Assembly (NCBI GenBank): GCA_964640155.1
Contig: CAZXEQ010000005.1
Span: forward strand, 60,001-92,000
Direction of reading: 5' to 3'
Length of the DNA stretch: 32,000 nucleotides
From: an uncultured bacterium
Lineage (GTDB): Bacteria > Auribacterota > JACPWU01
Shown: in pieces, positions 26,155-32,000 of the stretch
Numbering within the stretch: position 1 is the stretch's first letter
Layout: each line of letters starts with the position of its first letter
Position numbers and translations under genes: made by a program
Notes under the pieces: model-generated
The model's database searches: none
What the model saw: only the letters and a program-made list of their open reading frames with translations
Told to the model about the DNA's origin: nothing

Positions 26155-26222
26155 GCTTAGTACTAGCAGAATTGTATAAATGAAGATTTAATGAACTGAC
26201 TTGTAATTTAGGAGGATAGAAC

Positions 26223-26798
26223 ATGATTAAAGAACAATTAAAACCCGCTTTTATCTCTTTTGTCTTACTAACATTGATAACAGGACTTGTTTACCCTTTG
26301 GTGGTGACAGGGATTGCTCAAACTTTTTTCAGACATCAGGCCAATGGAAGTTTGATTAAACAAGAAGATAAAGTGGTTGGATCAAAACTGATAGGACAGA
26401 CCTTTGATGATCCAAAATATCTATGGGGACGTCCTTCAGCAACAGGTCCTTCCTATAATGGAGCTGCTTCTTCGGGGTCTAATTATGGTCCCAATCATCC
26501 TGATTTTTTGAAGGCAGTTGAGGAAAGAGTAAAAGTTTTAAAAGAGTCGGACCCTTCTAATACAAAGCTTGTCCCTGTGGATTTAGTCACAGCTTCTGGA
26601 AGTGGTTTGGATCCTCATATCAGTCTTGCGGGGGCCTATTATCAAGTTGCCAGAATTGCGCGTGTGAGAGGAATGGATGAAGAAAAAATTAGGGGAATTA
26701 TTCTGCAGAATACACAAGGCCGTTTTCTAGGACTACTGGGAGAGCCTGTGGTTAATGTTCTAAAAGTAAATCTTGAATTGGATGCAAATGAAAAATAA
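26223..26798 (+). CDS. kdpC: K+-transporting ATPase subunit C (KdpC)
   Basis: 191 aa. N-terminal TM then GLVYPLVVTGIAQTFF..QANGSLI and ASGSGLDPHIS motifs. AGGAGG at 26210-26215. Confidence 0.9.
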   Translation: MIKEQLKPAFISFVLLTLITGLVYPLVVTGIAQTFFRHQANGSLIKQEDKVVGSKLIGQTFDDPKYLWGRPSATGPSYNGAASSGSNYGPNHPDFLKAVEERVKVLKESDPSNTKLVPVDLVTASGSGLDPHISLAGAYYQVARIARVRGMDEEKIRGIILQNTQGRFLGLLGEPVVNVLKVNLELDANEK

Positions 26799-26812
26799 AG
26801 TACACTTAAAGA

Positions 26813-28999
26813 GTGGATAAAAAAAGACCGGATCCGGATCAAATTCTAAAAACAGTTCAAGCGGAAGAATCTAGGCGAGGAAAGCTCAAGATTTTTTTCG
26901 GAGCTGTCGCAGGTGTAGGAAAAACCTATGCCATGCTTGAAGCTGCCAAACATCGAAAAAAAGAAGGTATTGATGTCATCGTTGGTTATGTTGAAGCACA
27001 TAAACGTGCTGAAACAGAAGCGCTTCTAGAAGGTTTTGAAGTTCTGTCCCTTAAAATTATTCCTTATAAAAATATTGAATTACGTGAATTTGACATCGAC
27101 GCAGCTTTAAAGCGTCGCCCCTCTCTTATCTTGGTAGATGAACTCGCTCATACCAACGCTGAAGGATCTCGACATCTTAAGCGCTGGCAGGATGTGGAAG
27201 AACTGTTAAATGAGGGAATTGACGTTTACACAACTCTCAATGTGCAACATTGTGAGAGTGTCAATGATGTCATTGCTCAAGTTACCAATGTTGTTGTTAG
27301 AGAAACCGTCCCTGATACTTTTATTGAGCAGGCTCATGAAATTGAGCTTGTGGATTTACCTTCTGAAGAACTTCTCAAACGCTTAAAAGAGGGGAAAGTT
27401 TATCTTAGCTCTCAGGCAGACCATGCTGCAGAGCATTTCTTCCAACCCGGAAATCTCATTGCTTTACGGCAATTGGCTCTTCGGTATACAGCCAAAAATG
27501 TAGATGCAAAAATGCGTGCTTATAGACAGATGCATTCCATCTCTAAAGTCTGGAATGTAGGAGAACGCTTTCTACTGGGTGTGAGTTCAGGACCCTCGGC
27601 AATAAAACTTATTCGTACGGCAAAGCGCATTGCTTCTGAAATTGGCGCAGCCTGGACAGTCGCTTATGTGGAAACCCCTTCTTTTCGAAGTTCAAGTGAA
27701 AATATTGCCAGAGTTTCAGACATGCTCAGATTCGCTGAAAAGTTAGGAGCTGAAACAGTTAGTTTAAATGGTCCGGATATCGGCGAAGAGCTTATTTCTT
27801 ATGCCAGATCAAAAAACATTACAAAACTGATTGTGGGGAAACCACAACGGACGAGATTTCAAGAAATTATTTCAGGATCTGTTGTAAATCAACTGGCTCG
27901 CAAAAGTGGTGAAATTGATCTTTATATTATTAGTGGAGAAAAAGCAGACATTTCCGAAAAAATCAAAAGAGATTCACTCTTGAAATTTTCGTGGAAAGGA
28001 ATGGGTTTTGCTATTCTTGCAGTGTTTTTATGTACAGGAGTCAATCACCTCCTCTTTTCTTATTTGTCTCTTGCGAATCTCGTGATGATTTATCTCTTAG
28101 GCGTAGTTTGGATTGCTTTTAACTATGGAAGACGTGTTTCTATCATTGTTTCTTTTTTGAGCGTACTTTGCTTTGACTATTTTTTTGTTCCTCCTTATTT
28201 AACTTTTTCTGTTTCAGATACTCAGTATCTAGTGACATTTACAGTGATGTTAACCATTGGGCTTTTGATCAGCGAGTTGACAGAAAGACTACGTCGACAA
28301 ACAGTTGCCATGAGACTCCGTGAAGAGCGTACCTCGGCTTTATATGCGTTGACGCGAGATCTCTCTAAAACATCTAATCCGGATGAACTTTATCAATTGG
28401 GAGTTCAACATATCTCAGATTTTTTCAAGTGCCCCGTTGTGGCCTTGGTACGTGATGTTAAAAAAGGGCTTATTGTTAGAGCTGGGAATATTGAAAGTCA
28501 TATTCTAGATTCTAGTGAAAGAGCCGTAGTTGAATGGTGTTATGAACAGAAAAAAATAGCGGGGAAAGGAACGGATACTCTACCTGGATCTTTAGGGCTT
28601 TATCTTCCTCTCTTAGGAGCTGAAAGAGTTGTCGGCGTTTTGGGAATATTCCCAAAAGACGAAAAACAATTTTTGAGTCCTGAAGCCTTCCACATGTTTG
28701 AAATGTTTGCAAATCAAACTGCACTGGCTATTGAAGGAACCGAACTTTCTGCTGCAGCCATTCAGTCACAGTCTCAATTTGAAAATGAGAGATTAAGAAG
28801 TCTTCTCTTAACGACATTCTCTTATGATTTGCCAGAACAATTTTTAGATATTTCAAAAGCCGCCGATGAGCTTTTAAGGCTCAAGACATCTGATGATATA
28901 TCAAAGCACAGAGATTTAATTCAGAAAATCAAAGATGAAGCAGAGCGCTTAACCAATCTTGCTAAAGAGCTTCCTGGAATTATTGATTCAAAAAGTTAA
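26813..28999 (+). CDS. kdpD: KdpD sensor paralogue without kinase: KdpD N-terminal domain + Usp + 4-TM + GAF + degenerate DHp (His replaced by Tyr), no HATPase_c
   Basis: GTG start. RPDPDQIL and Walker-A-like FGAVAGVGKTYAML match the KdpD N-terminus. A Usp-like region follows. TM core NLVMIYLL...FDYFFVPPYLTF is paralogous to the kinase at 19436. The H-box position reads LLTTFSYDLPEQ (Tyr671, TAT 28823-28825). The protein ends 57 aa later with no ATP-binding boxes. Confidence 0.85.
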   Translation: MDKKRPDPDQILKTVQAEESRRGKLKIFFGAVAGVGKTYAMLEAAKHRKKEGIDVIVGYVEAHKRAETEALLEGFEVLSLKIIPYKNIELREFDIDAALKRRPSLILVDELAHTNAEGSRHLKRWQDVEELLNEGIDVYTTLNVQHCESVNDVIAQVTNVVVRETVPDTFIEQAHEIELVDLPSEELLKRLKEGKVYLSSQADHAAEHFFQPGNLIALRQLALRYTAKNVDAKMRAYRQMHSISKVWNVGERFLLGVSSGPSAIKLIRTAKRIASEIGAAWTVAYVETPSFRSSSENIARVSDMLRFAEKLGAETVSLNGPDIGEELISYARSKNITKLIVGKPQRTRFQEIISGSVVNQLARKSGEIDLYIISGEKADISEKIKRDSLLKFSWKGMGFAILAVFLCTGVNHLLFSYLSLANLVMIYLLGVVWIAFNYGRRVSIIVSFLSVLCFDYFFVPPYLTFSVSDTQYLVTFTVMLTIGLLISELTERLRRQTVAMRLREERTSALYALTRDLSKTSNPDELYQLGVQHISDFFKCPVVALVRDVKKGLIVRAGNIESHILDSSERAVVEWCYEQKKIAGKGTDTLPGSLGLYLPLLGAERVVGVLGIFPKDEKQFLSPEAFHMFEMFANQTALAIEGTELSAAAIQSQSQFENERLRSLLLTTFSYDLPEQFLDISKAADELLRLKTSDDISKHRDLIQKIKDEAERLTNLAKELPGIIDSKS

Positions 29000-29090
29000 T
29001 CATCTAAGAAGGTTATTTCCTCTATTTACAGCACACATTTCTATTTTCCTATTGCTACACTTACTCGTATTTCTTTTGAATGGGGCATTG

Positions 29091-29099
29091 TGATAGAAT
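29091..29099 (+). promoter_or_regulatory. Extended -10 promoter element TGATAGAAT, 7 nt upstream of ATG 29107
   Basis: TGATAGAAT-TTAGAAA-ATG. No SD. Confidence 0.4.
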
Positions 29100-29106
29100 T
29101 TAGAAA

Positions 29107-29676
29107 ATGAAACTTCTTTGGACTTTCACTCTAATTCTCTTCACATCACTACAAATCGCTCAAGCTGATACTCGCCTCGATGAACGTCGGAAGGAATTCT
29201 TTCATGAAAAAATCAGAAAATCATCTCCTCTCAAAGAAGAAAAGAGAAAAGAAGATATCGAAATTCTTTCTATCTCCAAAAATATCATCACAGGCTATAC
29301 CTATGATGGAGCAACACAAGCTAACTGCATTGAGATAAAGTTTAAAATTAATACTGAGGGAGAAATGACACTCCCCTATTTTTATGTTTATCTTTACGAC
29401 TCAAAAAAAGAACTGGTTGAGCGCTTAGGACAGACCATGCTTAAAGAGACAACAGGAAGTCATCCTATTGATCCTCTCTCTTTTCCCTTTAAAGGCAAAA
29501 AAACTTACATTGTCCAATTTGATTATCCCAACCATATTCAATTTAAATATTCACTCTGTGTCATGGGAAATGACAAAATGCTTTCAATTAAAATGAAACC
29601 TGAGCAAACCCGTTGGGAAGAATTTGAGTTTGATGAAAAAGATAAAGTTCTTTCTACCACAAAACTTGAGGGTTAA
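29107..29676 (+). CDS. Secreted protein of unknown function
   Basis: 189-aa ORF with signal peptide MKLLWTFTLILFTSLQIAQA. TGATAGAAT lies 7 nt upstream of the ATG. No family recognised. Confidence 0.5.
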   Translation: MKLLWTFTLILFTSLQIAQADTRLDERRKEFFHEKIRKSSPLKEEKRKEDIEILSISKNIITGYTYDGATQANCIEIKFKINTEGEMTLPYFYVYLYDSKKELVERLGQTMLKETTGSHPIDPLSFPFKGKKTYIVQFDYPNHIQFKYSLCVMGNDKMLSIKMKPEQTRWEEFEFDEKDKVLSTTKLEG

Positions 29677-30539
29677 AGATCTGGAATATTGGAACGCTTT
29701 TTTTTCTTCGCCAGGCTTTTCAACTCTTTCAGCCAAACTTCCTCTAGAAAATCAAGAGAGATAAAACGTTCTAAAGAAACCCCCTGTTTAGTTTTAAGAG
29801 CTTGAATATAATTAAAAAAAGAAATTCGCTCTTTTTCGCCAGATCCGTGAAAAAGGAAATAAATCAATCCCCAGGCTTGCGCATATTGAAGTTTTCTCAT
29901 ATGTCCATCCAAATAGGATTCCAGACTTATCAACTTTGATAAGGGAATCAACGTTCCTGCACGATCAGATTCCAAAATCAATTTCATATAAGATTCATCG
30001 AGTGAAACCTTTTTAAATTTTCCCCAACGAATTTGACTGAGTCCAATGTACTCTGCAAAACCCTCATTAAACCAGAGAGGGGGATGTTTCATGACCTGAT
30101 AAATCACCGCATGTGTCAATTCATGCGCCAAAATAGGCAAAGTATGCTTAAGCGATTGATGCCACACCACTATTTCATTCTTTTCCTCGCTAAAAAAACC
30201 TCCAATAAATTGAATCTCTCCCCTATCTTTTTTTACATACTTCCAAAAAGCATTTTTATTCTCCAAAATTTTGATTTTGACAGGATTTGAACTCTCAGCG
30301 TTCAAATCTAAAATACGATATAAATTTTCATAAACAGTTGAAATCCCTTTTGCATAATGGCGTGTTTGTGTTTTTGAAGCCCAACTTTCTAAAACCCAGG
30401 CTTTAGTCTCAACTTTAAAATAGTCTGCCTCCTTTTGCAGTGTAAAATGCTCCTGCTTCCCCGCAAAACTAAAAGAGACCATTAGAAACATGATCAAAAT
30501 CAAACCATTTATTCTTTGGATGTTCTTAAGATTTTTCAT
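29673..30539 (-). CDS. Secreted HExxH zinc metallopeptidase, DUF1570/peptidase-MA-like
   Basis: Signal or anchor sequence. HELTHAVIY followed by WFNEGFAEYIG (gluzincin-type third ligand Glu). Its 3' end overlaps the convergent gene by 4 nt. Confidence 0.6.
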   Translation of the reverse strand: MKNLKNIQRINGLILIMFLMVSFSFAGKQEHFTLQKEADYFKVETKAWVLESWASKTQTRHYAKGISTVYENLYRILDLNAESSNPVKIKILENKNAFWKYVKKDRGEIQFIGGFFSEEKNEIVVWHQSLKHTLPILAHELTHAVIYQVMKHPPLWFNEGFAEYIGLSQIRWGKFKKVSLDESYMKLILESDRAGTLIPLSKLISLESYLDGHMRKLQYAQAWGLIYFLFHGSGEKERISFFNYIQALKTKQGVSLERFISLDFLEEVWLKELKSLAKKKKRSNIPDL

Positions 30540-30614
30540 ATTCTTATGATAAGATGGAAATAAAATAGGGTAAAGCGTTGTTATCTTATAAAGAAAGAAA
30601 AGGTGTTATTTTCT

Positions 30615-31247
30615 ATGCCTACAAAAGAATTTGAATCTTTAGCACAAGATCATCTTAACGCCCTCTATCGCACAGCGTTACGTATGACAAGAAATGAACA
30701 TGACGCTCAAGATCTCGTGCAGGAAGCTGTTCTTAAAGCATTCCGAAACTTTGATCAATTTCAAAAAGGGACTAATTTCAAGGCTTGGATTTTTAGAATC
30801 ATGACCAATACGTACATTAATCAGTATCGAAAAAAGGTAAAGGAACCTGCCTTTACTGATTTTAGCCTCATTGAACCCATTTATGAAGAAATCGTGAAAG
30901 AACCCGTTCACTTCTCAATGGCAGAAATTGATTCTTTAAGAGAAAACCTTTCGGACGAAGTAGCCCTTGCCTTAGATCATTTAGCCCCCGAACATCGTTT
31001 GGTTTTTCTTTTAGCGACGGTTGAAGATTTTTCCTATCAAGAAATTTCTAAACTTACGGATTGCCCCATCGGAACAGTGATGTCCAGACTTTTTAGAGCT
31101 CGAAAATTGCTTCGTGAACAGTTATGGAATTATGCTCAAAAACAAAGAATCGTTTCTGCTAAACAAAATTCACAATCACTGAGCATCTCCTCTCCTCCAA
31201 AAGATCTCTCCCTAGAAGAAAGGAGCTCTTATCATGAAATGTCCTGA
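30615..31247 (+). CDS. ECF (sigma-70 group IV) RNA polymerase sigma factor
   Basis: Region 2 DAQDLVQEAVLKAFRNFDQF...WIFRIMTNTYINQYR and region 4 SYQEISKLTDCPIGTVMSRLFRARKLL. ATG 30615 is preceded by AAGGTG (30600-30605). The tracked start is GTG 30603. Confidence 0.85.
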   Translation: MPTKEFESLAQDHLNALYRTALRMTRNEHDAQDLVQEAVLKAFRNFDQFQKGTNFKAWIFRIMTNTYINQYRKKVKEPAFTDFSLIEPIYEEIVKEPVHFSMAEIDSLRENLSDEVALALDHLAPEHRLVFLLATVEDFSYQEISKLTDCPIGTVMSRLFRARKLLREQLWNYAQKQRIVSAKQNSQSLSISSPPKDLSLEERSSYHEMS

Positions 31248-32000
31248 GGTTCGTCAAAAGCTCTATCTTTTTCTGGATAATGAACTCGATATCGAAAACA
31301 ATCTAGATATTCTTACTCATTTGGATTTTTGTCCGGATTGTAGTACCAGCTTTGAAAATGAAAGAAATATAGAAGAACTTTTAAAAGAGAAAATTCCTCG
31401 AGAAATTGCTCCAAAACAATTATGGAATGAAATTCGTTCTAAACTTCATGTAGCCGATAAGTTTTCCCCTCGTGAAAATATTTTTGGAAAAAGATTTTTT
31501 CTGGTTGCCTCTACCATTGCAGCAACTCTAGTCATGGGTGCCAGTATCGTTTACTATTTAGCTTGGCCATCTCGAGTCAATGCAGATACTTTGATTAACC
31601 AATCTGTGCAACTACATCAGCAAGCTTTAAAAGGACAACTCCCCACAGAAACTCCAGAAGCAATCGGGGAAAGCATAGAAAAAAATCAAACGCCTATCTC
31701 ACACTCTGGCTTATATGCTTGTAACCATGATCTCTCAAAGTTAGGGTATTCAGCAGATGGACCTTGTGTCACTTCTGACCATCTCTTTCCCCGCCAACGT
31801 GTAGCCCTTGTCATCTATCACAAGGGGCCTCAACATTTATCGCACTTTATTTTAAGGAATACTGACATTACATTACCTCAAAGCGCGTTTCGTAAAGTTC
31901 CTAAAACACAACGTCGGTATTACCTTTTTATAGCCAGACCTTATAAAATCATTGTTGTGAGAAAAGGCAAAAACCTTTGTCTTTTTGTGGGCAATTTAAA
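31234..32000 (+). CDS. Anti-sigma factor, zf-HC2 (ZAS) type, single TM; 3' end outside window
   Basis: The ORF is absent from the track because it runs off the window. I read it by hand with no stop to position 32000. It overlaps the sigma gene by 14 nt. It has the H-x3-C-x2-C motif (LTHLDFCPDC) and the TM helix FFLVASTIAATLVMGASIVYYLAW. Confidence 0.7.
   Translation, partial: MKCPEVRQKLYLFLDNELDIENNLDILTHLDFCPDCSTSFENERNIEELLKEKIPREIAPKQLWNEIRSKLHVADKFSPRENIFGKRFFLVASTIAATLVMGASIVYYLAWPSRVNADTLINQSVQLHQQALKGQLPTETPEAIGESIEKNQTPISHSGLYACNHDLSKLGYSADGPCVTSDHLFPRQRVALVIYHKGPQHLSHFILRNTDITLPQSAFRKVPKTQRRYYLFIARPYKIIVVRKGKNLCLFVGNL

Noticed and set aside
26009-26224. 71-aa minus-strand ORF in the kdpB-kdpC spacer
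   Set aside because: It is antisense to the kdp operon, has no SD, has a low-complexity translation, and is made largely of the repeat/hairpin sequence.
19436-28999. Split KdpD interpreted as a pseudogene or frameshift artefact
   Set aside because: The two genes lie about 5.9 kb apart with kdpE and kdpFABC between them. Each has its own start and an uninterrupted ORF, and each has a complete duplicate TM-GAF core. A single frameshift cannot generate this arrangement.
1-32000. Looked for CRISPR repeats, rRNA/tRNA genes, transposases/integrases, toxin-antitoxin pairs and known defence-system gene signatures
   Set aside because: None were seen. All large ORFs are accounted for by polysaccharide synthesis, cell-wall recycling, housekeeping, Kdp transport and ECF signalling functions. 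The only repeats are the short structured intergenic elements reported above.

Overview
This is an AT-rich bacterial chromosomal segment (roughly 35-40% GC by eye, not computed), densely packed with genes. I found no rRNA, tRNA, CRISPR array, transposase, integrase or recognisable defence genes.

The window has five blocks:
1. 1-9725, mostly minus strand: a surface-polysaccharide (O-antigen/capsule-type) cluster. It holds GT4 and GT2 glycosyltransferases, a Wzx-like flippase, two SAM methyltransferases, and a translationally coupled amino-sugar tailoring cassette (DegT aminotransferase, FemAB-like transferase, formyltransferase-like protein, methyltransferase).
2. 9992-13044: an Amidase_3 muramoyl-alanine amidase convergent with an AmpG-type permease, plus two small proteins.
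3. 13125-19306, minus strand: mfd, a SurA-like PPIase, pdxA and rsmA(ksgA).
4. 19436-28999, plus strand: a complete Kdp K+-uptake locus. In order: an N-terminally truncated KdpD-type histidine kinase, kdpE, small leader ORFs, kdpF, kdpA, kdpB, kdpC, and a second KdpD sensor paralogue that lacks the kinase.
5. 29107-32000: a secreted protein, a DUF1570-like HExxH peptidase, an ECF sigma factor and a ZAS-type anti-sigma factor (truncated by the window end).

The observations most worth follow-up:
- (a) KdpD is present as two reciprocally degenerated paralogues. Both keep the 4-TM and GAF core. One keeps the kinase. The other keeps the KdpD/Usp sensor and has a Tyr in place of the phospho-acceptor His.
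- (b) An unrecognised family of modular, GC-rich, palindromic intergenic elements shows compensatory stem changes between copies. One related copy is inserted between kdpB and kdpC.
- (c) Two inverted arrays of GTCNCCA-type heptamers lie in the pdxA leader. They can sequester the pdxA Shine-Dalgarno sequence.
- (d) Operon-first genes repeatedly have a -10 box (twice the identical TGATAGAAT) 6-7 nt upstream of the ATG and no Shine-Dalgarno sequence, which suggests leaderless mRNAs.

All functional calls come from motif recognition by eye. No searches were run.
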